A DNA stretch of 64,000 nucleotides from a virus. The stretch covers positions 32,001-96,000 of the IMG/VR virus record IMGVR_UViG_3300025288_000013. The stretch is one strand, 5' to 3'. This document shows positions 9,257 through 18,121 of the stretch, in pieces; positions within the stretch are counted from its first letter, which is position 1, and each line of letters starts with the position of its first letter. Under the pieces are notes generated by a model. The model was not told the DNA's origin. It made no database searches and saw nothing but the letters and a program-made list of their open reading frames with translations. The position numbers were made by a program, and so were the translations under genes.

Positions 9257-10135
9257 ATGATACCATATAACCTAACAAAGGGTAATTGCAAGCCCAAAAA
9301 TAAATCAAACATATTCAGATTTATATCTGGCGGCATATTAAATTTATCAGAAGAGTTGTTTTTTGATTTATCAGAATCAGATATGTTTATATGTAGTAGC
9401 ACAAGGCAGAAAATAAAATTAGATCCGAAACAAGTTGTGAGAATCGATTGCAATTTCATAGCATTACATGATAAATGTGACAATTTTTTATTGGCAAACG
9501 CCATAAAAAATAGGACAAACGACTCCAGAATAGAGGTTAGTATAACCTCTATCGTTAATGATAATGTGGAGGATTTCTCTCTTGATATTGTTTATGAAAA
9601 CATGTTAGATGAAAATGTTTATAATTGGTCTAATTTTGATAATCAACCATATAATTATTCTATAACCAATTGGGATGAAATTGTTGGATCATGGAGTTTT
9701 TATTCTACCATTAATTCTACCACCAATATAATAATGTTTAAAGATTTTACAATTTCTGGCTATGAGTTTCAGGTTGTTAATGGTGCTGACACAATTTTTT
9801 ATGTTGAAAAAATAGAAAACAACAGTAGAATGGTTCTTGAACTTAAATACTCATCTGGGTTAATAACACTGATATCAATATCAATTAATGGCAGATTTGT
9901 CGTTGATGAAACAAAAATAGTTTATGGTTTAACTGATCAAACCAATTCAAATAGCGAGGTATTTTTTAGATATGTTAGTGTTTTTGATGAAATCATAAAG
10001 CATTTTGTATCACATTCTCTTAATAAAAAAGAATACTATATCTATAATCACAATGATTCATCAACAACAATAGATTCACTTAGTGGAACTTTGTGTGAAG
10101 ACGAAGATTTATTGTTGGATTCTGATTGTTTGTAA
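9257..10135 (+). CDS. hypothetical, probably virion protein
   Basis: ORF preceded by ATAAATAA (9235-9242). Confidence 0.55.
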   Translation: MIPYNLTKGNCKPKNKSNIFRFISGGILNLSEELFFDLSESDMFICSSTRQKIKLDPKQVVRIDCNFIALHDKCDNFLLANAIKNRTNDSRIEVSITSIVNDNVEDFSLDIVYENMLDENVYNWSNFDNQPYNYSITNWDEIVGSWSFYSTINSTTNIIMFKDFTISGYEFQVVNGADTIFYVEKIENNSRMVLELKYSSGLITLISISINGRFVVDETKIVYGLTDQTNSNSEVFFRYVSVFDEIIKHFVSHSLNKKEYYIYNHNDSSTTIDSLSGTLCEDEDLLLDSDCL

Positions 10136-10146
10136 AAACAAATACT

Positions 10147-10174
10147 TGTAACAATCTAACACTACAAAGGTTTT
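10147..10174 (+). promoter_or_regulatory. ECF-type promoter
   Basis: TGTAACAA tctaacactacaaag GTTTTT upstream of HU. Confidence 0.7.
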
Positions 10175-10221
10175 TTATGGGTAAATAATTTAAATATTAA
10201 TCAATTAAAAACAGAAAAATT

Positions 10222-10527
10222 ATGACAAAAGCTGATTTAATTACTGGCGTAAAAGCTGCAGTAGAAAAAGAAACTGGTAAAGACGTTTCAAAAAAAATGG
10301 TAAAATCCGTAATCGATTCCACGTTGGAAGCTATTAATGGATGTATGGAAAAAGGTGAAGAATTATTGTTACAACCTGTCGGAAGATTTGGTGTAAAATT
10401 CAGAAACCCTCGTAAAGCAACTAACATGACAACTGGTGAGCCTATTGCTGTTCCAGCCAAATATGTTCCCCATTTTTCTCCAACTAGCAAATTGAAAGAT
10501 GCTGTTGCCTCACTACCTGTTGAGTAA
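10222..10527 (+). CDS. hup: HU/IHF family DNA-binding protein
   Basis: MTKADLI...GRFGVKFRNPRKATNMTTGEPIAVPAKYVPHFSPTSKLKDAV. Confidence 0.95.
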   Translation: MTKADLITGVKAAVEKETGKDVSKKMVKSVIDSTLEAINGCMEKGEELLLQPVGRFGVKFRNPRKATNMTTGEPIAVPAKYVPHFSPTSKLKDAVASLPVE

Positions 10528-10549
10528 CTACAAATTTACAGTTTAAGTT

Positions 10550-10583
10550 AAAAGCCTATGGTAAAAATATCATAGGCTTTTTT
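10550..10583 (+). terminator. intrinsic terminator
   Basis: AAAAGCCTATG-loop-CATAGGCTTTTTT. Confidence 0.85.
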
Positions 10584-10610
10584 GTAACAATCTATTCATA
10601 AAACAGTTTA
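10583..10610 (+). promoter_or_regulatory. ECF-type promoter; the primase mRNA is probably near-leaderless
   Basis: TGTAACAA tctattcataaaaca GTTTAT; the GTTTA box ends 6 nt before ATG 10617. Confidence 0.75.
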
Positions 10611-10616
10611 TAACAT

Positions 10617-11666
10617 ATGTTAAACTTACAAATAGATTTCACAAAACATGATACTGAAAATGTTGTAAAAATATCAACAGATAACATAAGAAAAGAAATC
10701 GAAAGCATATTATTAAGGGTTCACACACAATCACAAAAACAAGAAGTTGTTGATAGGGATGGCGGTTTCAATATAGCTTGTCCCTTTTGTGGTGATTCAA
10801 AAGATAACCCAAACAAAAAAAGAGGAAACATATATTTGGACACAAACACGTTCAAATGCTACAATTGTACAATATGGATGCCTCTTGAGGAATTTTTCCT
10901 AAAATTCAACTCTGATGTTGGTTTTAAAATAGCCAAGTTTGATCTTGAAAATTTTGTGTCCAAAACAAAAACAAAAATTTCGTTGTATGATATATATGAT
11001 ATAGGCAACCAATACATAGAAAGAGGGTCACTAATGAAAGAAATGAAATTGAAAAATATAGTAGACGATTATAAGACGGCAAAATATTTGGAAAGTAGAA
11101 AGATAGATATAAATGATAGAAGATTGGCTGTTAATAGTTTTTCAAGAAGTATAGTATTTTTTAATATGCATGATGATAAGGTCATAGGTTTACAAAAAAG
11201 AATACATGAGCCAACAAATGGCAACAGATTCATATCATATGATTATGGTAGCATAATGGAAAAAATTATTAAAAGTGATTATGACAAAGATAGAGCCTTA
11301 AAGATAAAACGCATATCGTTACTGTATAACATATTAAATGTTGATTTTTCTAAGAAAATTAACACATTCGAATCATCAATAGACAGCCATCATTTTACTA
11401 ACAGCATTGCGTGTTGGGGTTCAAATTCCATACTTAAATTACCAAATTGTCAGTATGGCATGGATGATGACGTTGCCGGTAGGAAAGCGTCTATAAAATT
11501 ATTAAAATCTGGCTATAAAGTGTTCATGTGGGGTGAGTTCAAACATAACAATACAATTTATCGTAATTGCAAAGATTTTAATGACATATTTAAATTAAAA
11601 CCAATAAGCCAAAAAACATTTGAAAGTTATTTAACAGATTCAGAATTAGACATAATATCATTATGA
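10617..11666 (+). CDS. DNA primase, T4 gp61-like
   Basis: Zn finger CPFCGDS...KKRG...FKCYNC; TOPRIM FESSIDS...DDDVAG...KDFND. Confidence 0.9.
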   Translation: MLNLQIDFTKHDTENVVKISTDNIRKEIESILLRVHTQSQKQEVVDRDGGFNIACPFCGDSKDNPNKKRGNIYLDTNTFKCYNCTIWMPLEEFFLKFNSDVGFKIAKFDLENFVSKTKTKISLYDIYDIGNQYIERGSLMKEMKLKNIVDDYKTAKYLESRKIDINDRRLAVNSFSRSIVFFNMHDDKVIGLQKRIHEPTNGNRFISYDYGSIMEKIIKSDYDKDRALKIKRISLLYNILNVDFSKKINTFESSIDSHHFTNSIACWGSNSILKLPNCQYGMDDDVAGRKASIKLLKSGYKVFMWGEFKHNNTIYRNCKDFNDIFKLKPISQKTFESYLTDSELDIISL

Positions 11667-12256
11667 AAAAAACAATAATATTCGACACAGAAACAACAGG
11701 CATTGTGCCAAAAGGTATGATGTACAAAGACCCAAATTATCCAAGATTATTACAACTTGCATGGGTAATATTAGATGAAGATGGGAACGAATTAGACAAA
11801 AGAAAAAACTATATAAAACCGAATGGGTTTTTAGTACCAAACACAGAATTTCACAAAGCAAATGGTTTGACACAAGAGGTGTGTGACAAAGGTGAAAACC
11901 CAATAGACGAATTGAATTTTTTGCTTGATGCTATTGAAAAATCAGAAGTTTTGTTGGCACATAATATGTTATTTGATTATTTTATAATAGCTTCAGAATT
12001 ACACAAAAACAACATAATTAGGAAAATAGAAAGGAAACCTAAGTATTGTACAATGATGTCAACAATAGATTTTTGCCAACTACCGTCACCATATGGAAGA
12101 GGATTTAAATTTCCTCGTTTGGAAGAACTTTATAAAAAATTGTTCAACGAAACTTTTGAAAATGCACATGATGCGTTTGCTGATGTAAAGGCTACCGCAA
12201 GATGCTATGTTGAATTAAATAGACTTGGTGTACCAATAAAAGAAGTATTAAAATGA
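11663..12256 (+). CDS. DEDDh 3'-5' exonuclease (DnaQ-like)
   Basis: FDTETTG, AHNMLFD, AHDAFADV. Confidence 0.9.
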   Translation: MKKTIIFDTETTGIVPKGMMYKDPNYPRLLQLAWVILDEDGNELDKRKNYIKPNGFLVPNTEFHKANGLTQEVCDKGENPIDELNFLLDAIEKSEVLLAHNMLFDYFIIASELHKNNIIRKIERKPKYCTMMSTIDFCQLPSPYGRGFKFPRLEELYKKLFNETFENAHDAFADVKATARCYVELNRLGVPIKEVLK

Positions 12257-12624
12257 GAGTACCAGGAACCAACATAATAGTTGAACAAAATAGCGATCCA
12301 AATAAGGTTATTGGTAATATCATATTTGATCATAGCAAGAAATATACAAAAAATATGGGTGTTGTTAAATACCTTAGTAAGTTTTGTGAAACAAATCGTG
12401 GAACAATTTGTGATATAAATATTGGCGATATAGTTCACTTTTCTGATGAAGCTGGTGTATATATTGACAAAAAAAACATGAAAAACATTCTATTGATAGA
12501 TTACAGAGAAATAATACTAATATCTGAATCAGAAGAAAACGAAATTTTTGTTGGCGAGGACATGAGATTTTATTTAGAAGAGGACATAGCAAACAGACAA
12601 ATGGAAAAAACATCTAATAATTAA
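12253..12624 (+). CDS. GroES-like co-chaperonin
   Basis: MRVPGTNIIVE...GVVKYL...INIGDIVHFSDEAG...LLIDYREII. Confidence 0.6.
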   Translation: MRVPGTNIIVEQNSDPNKVIGNIIFDHSKKYTKNMGVVKYLSKFCETNRGTICDINIGDIVHFSDEAGVYIDKKNMKNILLIDYREIILISESEENEIFVGEDMRFYLEEDIANRQMEKTSNN

Positions 12625-12635
12625 ACAAACACAAA

Positions 12636-13919
12636 ATGAAACAAACAAAACGAACAAAAACGAACAATTTCTTTAAAAATGGTAAAATATCATTTGTAAT
12701 GGATGGTGCAGCTGGTAGTTCAGGCAAAAGCTTAATATCGTCGTATTTAGTGAAACATGCTAACAATGTTGATTTTATATTATCAGCCTTTACGCCAAAC
12801 GCAAGTCACACAGTTATAGATGATGATGGCAAAGAATTTGTTTTTAAAATTTTTGCAGGTGGTTCACAATACCACGAAAAACTAAAAGCTGTTTATATAA
12901 CAGATAATGCTGCAATAGAGTTAAAAACTCTGTGGAAAGAGATTGACTATCTTGGTATACCAAAAGAAAAGGTTAGAATTTCTCCAATGTGCATGATAGT
13001 TCAACAAATAGACATTGATTATGAAGCTGGACTGTGTGATCTTGATGGAAATTATTATTCAAAGAACGAGTTGAGGGATGGTACTGTTAAAACAGGGAGC
13101 ACTTGTTCTGGTAGTGGCACTGTTTTGGCTAAAAAGGTTCTTAGAAATAAGACACTGGTAAAAGCCAAAGATGTTGAAGAACTGAAAGAGTTTTTGTATG
13201 AAATGGATGAAATAATTTCAAGACTTGAAACAGGTGATAGAGGTTTAATGGAAATGGCACAAGGGTTTCCATTGTCAGTGAATCATCACATGTTTGCACC
13301 GCATACAACAAGTAGAAATGTTACAGTTACTAATGCTATGAATGATGCTATGATACCACCAAGATTTGCTGGTAACGTTTTAATCAACTTTAGAACGTAT
13401 CCAATCAAAATTCATAGTAATAAGTATAAATGTAACAAAACCGGTAAGTTTCTTACATGGGATGAGGTGAACAAGATGAAGACTGATATTGATTATGTTG
13501 TTGTTGAATCAAATTCTGGCGACTTTTATCCTGATCAAACAGAAATGAGTTGGGATCAAATAACCAAAGAATCTGGGTCTGAAAAGAAACTCATGGAATG
13601 CACAACACTTACAAAATTACCAAGAAGAATAGCTTCATTTAGTAAACAAAATCTTGTAGAGGCAATTAGATTCAATGACACAGGTGGTCAAATTTGGTTA
13701 TGTGTTAATTTTGTTAATTATGTTGTTTCTGGAATCTATGGTGAAAGGGAGTATTTTAACTTACACATTGACTTTGAAAAATATGAAAAACTTCACAATT
13801 GGATTCATGAAAACATAACCAGAGTTATATATGCAGACAATTCTATAGACGAAACAAGAGTTTCTCTTAAATATCTTGGTACAGGTGAAAAAATCGAAGA
13901 TAGAATAGAAATGCCATAA
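12636..13919 (+). CDS. purZ: PurZ, N6-succino-2-amino-2'-deoxyadenylate synthase (PurA paralogue)
   Basis: GAAGSSGK (Ser at the PurA Asp13 position), NASHT, GSTCSG, EMAQGF, TSR, RTYPI, NSG, TTLTKLPRR, NFVNY (in place of TKLD). Confidence 0.8.
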   Translation: MKQTKRTKTNNFFKNGKISFVMDGAAGSSGKSLISSYLVKHANNVDFILSAFTPNASHTVIDDDGKEFVFKIFAGGSQYHEKLKAVYITDNAAIELKTLWKEIDYLGIPKEKVRISPMCMIVQQIDIDYEAGLCDLDGNYYSKNELRDGTVKTGSTCSGSGTVLAKKVLRNKTLVKAKDVEELKEFLYEMDEIISRLETGDRGLMEMAQGFPLSVNHHMFAPHTTSRNVTVTNAMNDAMIPPRFAGNVLINFRTYPIKIHSNKYKCNKTGKFLTWDEVNKMKTDIDYVVVESNSGDFYPDQTEMSWDQITKESGSEKKLMECTTLTKLPRRIASFSKQNLVEAIRFNDTGGQIWLCVNFVNYVVSGIYGEREYFNLHIDFEKYEKLHNWIHENITRVIYADNSIDETRVSLKYLGTGEKIEDRIEMP

Positions 13920-13979
13920 CCAAAATCATTTCACAAAACAACGCTCATAAAATAAATAACTAAACAGTAAATCTATTTT

Positions 13980-15773
13980 ATGAGCGTTGTTGTAAATGAG
14001 CGTTGGTCAACAAAAAGAATTGATGAACTTATAAAGAATTTCAATAAAATTGGCGTTATACCAGACAAGCATCCATTCTTTAATAGAAAAATAGGTAAAA
14101 GGAAAGGTGAAATCAACTTCAGTTGGACACAAGAAGAACTTTTAGAATTATCAAGATGTGAAAATGATATAGTTTACTTCGCAAATACTTTTTGTAAAAT
14201 TCTTACTGATGGTCACGGAAGACAATTTTTAAAAGATGTTGGCGGTATAAGAGATTATCAGGAAGATCTTTTAAAAATGTTTCAGGACAGCCAATTCAAC
14301 ATTGTTTTGGCTTCAAGACAAATTGGTAAGTCTATTACAGTTGCTATATATGTGTGTTGGTATTTGTTGTTTAATGATGATGCTAACATACTTCTTTTAT
14401 CAGAAACAGGTACAAAAGCAAAAGATTTACTTAAAAAGATAAAAGACATACAGGACAACTTACCATTTTACATGCAAGTTGGTTTATTATATGATTCAAC
14501 ACAACGAAGAATTTATGATAATGGTTGCACACTTATTAGTGAAAACACAACAGAAAATAGCGGTGTTTCTGGGTCGTATCAATTCGTTTATTGGGATGAA
14601 ATGGCATTATTAGACGCACCAACACAAGAAAAGATTTTTACTGGTGTATTCCCAACAATGGCAAGTTTTGGTAATAAAGCCAAGTTTATTATAACAAGCA
14701 CACCAAGAGGAAGAAACAATAAATTTCATAACATATGGAACGGTGCTACAAGTGAACTAGATTCACCAGAATATGTGCCGTTTTCATATGCAAAGGTCAT
14801 GTGGCATCAGGTCAAGGGTAGGGGTGAAGAATGGGAAAGAAAAGAAAGGAAAATAATGGGGGATGATGGTTTTGATAGAGAGTATGGATTATCTTTTGAT
14901 GCTGATGGCGATTTGCTTATAAGTGACGAAAATAAAAAGAAAATAAGCAGCAATTTTGTTAAATATGTAAGATATGAAAAAGATCACAAATTTTACAAAT
15001 TATTCAGTCATCACCCAGATTTCAAAGTATCCATGTTATCTGATCCAGAAAGAAAATTTCATATATCAATCGACATAGCTGGTGGAAAGAAGAGAGATTA
15101 TACTGTGTTTAATATATTTGAATTGAAATTCAAATCTTATGATGAAATAAAAGATATGGATTTTATCGTTGACGAAATGGACTTCTTTAAATTAGAACAA
15201 GTTGCTATAATAAGAAGTAATGTTATAAAAACAGAAATAATGGCTATGTACCTTTATGACTTTATCATAAAGTATATGATTCCACATAATATTAGAATAA
15301 CCATAGAAATTAATTTTGAGGGCAAGTTTTTTCTAAAGAATTTGTTTGATTATAAAGGTAGAAAGAATGAACTTAATAATTCAAGAGAAGATATGATTGT
15401 AGAATATCCACTGAACATGAATTTTGATAAAGACAATGCCATATATGAATTTGGAATAGTTCAAAACGAAAAAACTAAACAAGATACATGCAAGACCATA
15501 AACACGGTTATTCGTGACAACCATATTGTTATAAACCACAGTGTAACTGTTGAGGAGGGTTTGGCGTTTGGCTTGAACAAAAAAGGCAAATATCAAGGTT
15601 TATCAAAAAACGATGATTGCTTCATGACTGTTTTGAATATAGCAAATTATAAAAAAACAGATGAATATGAAGAGCAGGTTAATGAAATAATAAATAATTT
15701 GGATTCTTATCAATTAGAACTAATAAGCAAAATAGTTGGTGAAGATGATGAAGAAGATGATGACATATATTAA
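13980..15773 (+). CDS. terL: terminase large subunit, T4 gp17-like
   Basis: RDYQ; Walker A SRQIGKS; Walker B VYWDE; ITSTPRG; nuclease DIAGG...DYT; NDD. Confidence 0.95.
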   Translation: MSVVVNERWSTKRIDELIKNFNKIGVIPDKHPFFNRKIGKRKGEINFSWTQEELLELSRCENDIVYFANTFCKILTDGHGRQFLKDVGGIRDYQEDLLKMFQDSQFNIVLASRQIGKSITVAIYVCWYLLFNDDANILLLSETGTKAKDLLKKIKDIQDNLPFYMQVGLLYDSTQRRIYDNGCTLISENTTENSGVSGSYQFVYWDEMALLDAPTQEKIFTGVFPTMASFGNKAKFIITSTPRGRNNKFHNIWNGATSELDSPEYVPFSYAKVMWHQVKGRGEEWERKERKIMGDDGFDREYGLSFDADGDLLISDENKKKISSNFVKYVRYEKDHKFYKLFSHHPDFKVSMLSDPERKFHISIDIAGGKKRDYTVFNIFELKFKSYDEIKDMDFIVDEMDFFKLEQVAIIRSNVIKTEIMAMYLYDFIIKYMIPHNIRITIEINFEGKFFLKNLFDYKGRKNELNNSREDMIVEYPLNMNFDKDNAIYEFGIVQNEKTKQDTCKTINTVIRDNHIVINHSVTVEEGLAFGLNKKGKYQGLSKNDDCFMTVLNIANYKKTDEYEEQVNEIINNLDSYQLELISKIVGEDDEEDDDIY

Positions 15774-15801
15774 TGTAACAAAAGTTAATATTGTGGGTTT
15801 T
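15774..15801 (+). promoter_or_regulatory. ECF-type promoter
   Basis: TGTAACAA aagttaatattgtgg GTTTTT upstream of 15837. Confidence 0.7.
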
Positions 15802-15836
15802 TTATTAAATTATTATTAACTAAAACAGTAAAAATT

Positions 15837-16364
15837 ATGAAAAACATTAAATTTAACATATCATCATTGGTGATATGGACCAGGTTTCTTTGGCTAATAC
15901 CATACAAAAAAGAAACAAAAACTTGTATTGATTCCATAACAATTGATGGTGTCGATAAAACAGCTGAAGATGGAATAAGAAGTATTGATGAAGCACTTGC
16001 AGATTGGTCTTCAATAAATCAATCTGTTAATAGGGAATTATCACAAGCCAAAGATATATGTAATAAGCTATCAAATCACATAGCCATAAAATCATGTGAC
16101 CCAATACTACCAAGTTTCAGATCTCTTGTTGCAGAATTATTTGTCGCACAAACCATTAGAGAGTTTGAAAAAGGAACAAAAATTGGTGAAAATTTGAAAA
16201 CCTTTATGTCACTAAACCGAATTGATACCAATAAAAACCTGGACATTTCTGTTTATGAAGATATTTGGGCAATAACCAAGAAAAAATTACATGTTTTTCA
16301 TAGAAACGTTTATTGTTTCAAGATGATAATGGATGATAAAATGTTTACCATAACTTTCAAGTGA
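15837..16364 (+). CDS. hypothetical protein
   Basis: ORF downstream of the promoter motif. Confidence 0.6.
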   Translation: MKNIKFNISSLVIWTRFLWLIPYKKETKTCIDSITIDGVDKTAEDGIRSIDEALADWSSINQSVNRELSQAKDICNKLSNHIAIKSCDPILPSFRSLVAELFVAQTIREFEKGTKIGENLKTFMSLNRIDTNKNLDISVYEDIWAITKKKLHVFHRNVYCFKMIMDDKMFTITFK

Positions 16365-16966
16365 TAATTATTGTGGACGACAGAAAAGACATAAATTATA
16401 AAACGGTTGAACTATTTGATGATAGTTCAACCGTTTTTATAAATAAGAATGTTGTGTCCTCTGAATACCTATCATCTGATGAAATCCAAAAATACCAAGA
16501 CAACGAATTATTTGAAAGCATAGTAAAAACGTTTTACAAAATAAATCACAAAATAAATCCAAAATATAGAACTTGTATTGATTCTATTTTAACAGATGCT
16601 TATTTAGTTAACACACCAATTTCTTACGACAATTGTAACGACTATAAAATTTTGTACAGAAGAGATAATACGTGCATAATATCAAATGGAAAAAATGTCT
16701 TAGAGGTTAATATCAACAACATTAGTATAGAACATGGCAATATAGGTTCAGAAGTTATATCATATATTTTTTCAGAGATTTACAAAATTTTAAAAAACGA
16801 CATAAATGATTATACAAAATTTTTCATTTATTTTTCAGACATTTTTAACATAGAATACAAAGATTTGTATGACAATGTGTCATATAAACATAGAACAACC
16901 ATAGAATCAACCATAAAAAACAAATTCAAGTATTTGTTTTCAAACACAGATGCAGCAATGTGGTAA
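16361..16966 (+). CDS. hypothetical protein
   Basis: GTGA overlap with the upstream ORF. Confidence 0.6.
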   Translation: MIIIVDDRKDINYKTVELFDDSSTVFINKNVVSSEYLSSDEIQKYQDNELFESIVKTFYKINHKINPKYRTCIDSILTDAYLVNTPISYDNCNDYKILYRRDNTCIISNGKNVLEVNINNISIEHGNIGSEVISYIFSEIYKILKNDINDYTKFFIYFSDIFNIEYKDLYDNVSYKHRTTIESTIKNKFKYLFSNTDAAMW

Positions 16967-16986
16967 AGCTTGGCACGATTTTTGCT
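16966..16986 (+). promoter_or_regulatory. sigma54 (-24/-12) consensus promoter, copy 1
   Basis: AAGCT TGGCAC GATTT TTGCT upstream of the sigma-like gene at 17038. Confidence 0.8.
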
Positions 16987-17037
16987 GTGTTATAGTATGA
17001 ATTTAAAACTTAACTTAAACTTAACTTAAACTTAAAC

Positions 17038-18120
17038 ATGGAACAAGAAAAAATTTATGTGAACAATTTCACAAAACTATCACAAAATTATTTTGAATCA
17101 AGATCACAAAAAGATTTTGCCAAAATTTATGCAGAAATAAGAATAATAGCCATGTCTGCAGCTAAAGGGCTAACAGTAGATTCACATGATTACGAAAGTA
17201 TAGTTGACGATATTTCTATGAAGCTTTATTTGAACTTTGATAAATATTATCAAGAAAATAAAAGTCTTTTATCTTTTGTCTTTGTTTCATGTAAACGAAA
17301 GTATTATACACTCAAGAAGACATACAACAAAAGTATTTGTGAATCAGACATGATAATAATAAATGACAAAGACGGTGGAGAAACATCAAAATTTAATCAG
17401 GCTTTGACAAATTATTATGGCGATTTTGTTGACCAAGAAAATGTGGAGGTTGATGCAGCCGATAACATGTTGCATTTATCGACAGATAGACAGATAGACA
17501 GAGTTAAAGAAATTGTTAAAGAAATGTGCTATAACGATAAAGGTGAGTTTAATGAAGACGAACATACCAAAATGATAGATATTCTTACACTAAGAAACGG
17601 CGAGTTTTCTCTTGGTGAAAATTTGGAAGAGTTAATACCATATATAAAAAATGAAGAAGTTGGAAGCGTGTCAGACTTTATTAGTCCAACCATAATTTCT
17701 AATAAATATGGTATAAAGAACAGAGCAACTGTGTCGGCAAAAAGAACAAGAGCCATAGAAAAAATAAGAAACATAATTTTGTCTGATATATCAAATTCAG
17801 AGATTTTTGACAAAGTAAATTATACAGGGACAAAAATTGTTAAAAAAGACATAAATGGCAAAATATACACACACACATATGAACTCATAGATGGTGTTGC
17901 AAATGGGGAATACAAAAAAGAAATTTTGATTAATTCAAAGAAAACAACTCTAACAATAGGAAAATTTGAAAATGGTAAAAAAATAGGCATATGGCATCAT
18001 TTTTTTGTTGAAAACGGATCTTATATGGGATATGTAGATTATAATAGTGGTAAAAGTTTTGAATATACTGATATGGACGAAACAAGTATGGAAACACGTA
18101 TAATGAAATTGTCTGTGTAA
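17038..18120 (+). CDS. phage sigma70/ECF-like RNA polymerase sigma factor with C-terminal MORN-variant repeats
   Basis: Region-2-like DFAKIY...DYESIVDDISMKLYLNFDKY...LLSFVFVSCKRKY; region-4 HTH SPTIISNKYGIKNRATVSAKRTRAIEKIR; tail GKFENGKKIGIWHHF. Confidence 0.65.
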   Translation: MEQEKIYVNNFTKLSQNYFESRSQKDFAKIYAEIRIIAMSAAKGLTVDSHDYESIVDDISMKLYLNFDKYYQENKSLLSFVFVSCKRKYYTLKKTYNKSICESDMIIINDKDGGETSKFNQALTNYYGDFVDQENVEVDAADNMLHLSTDRQIDRVKEIVKEMCYNDKGEFNEDEHTKMIDILTLRNGEFSLGENLEELIPYIKNEEVGSVSDFISPTIISNKYGIKNRATVSAKRTRAIEKIRNIILSDISNSEIFDKVNYTGTKIVKKDINGKIYTHTYELIDGVANGEYKKEILINSKKTTLTIGKFENGKKIGIWHHFFVENGSYMGYVDYNSGKSFEYTDMDETSMETRIMKLSV

Positions 18121-18121
18121 T

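Noticed and set aside
12636-13919. Ordinary adenylosuccinate synthetase (purA) auxiliary gene
   Set aside because: It lacks the catalytic Asp of GDEGKG and the TKLD motif; the substitutions match PurZ.
13980-15773. Intein or intron in the terminase
   Set aside because: The length is typical, the motifs are contiguous, and no splice-junction or homing-endonuclease motifs were seen.
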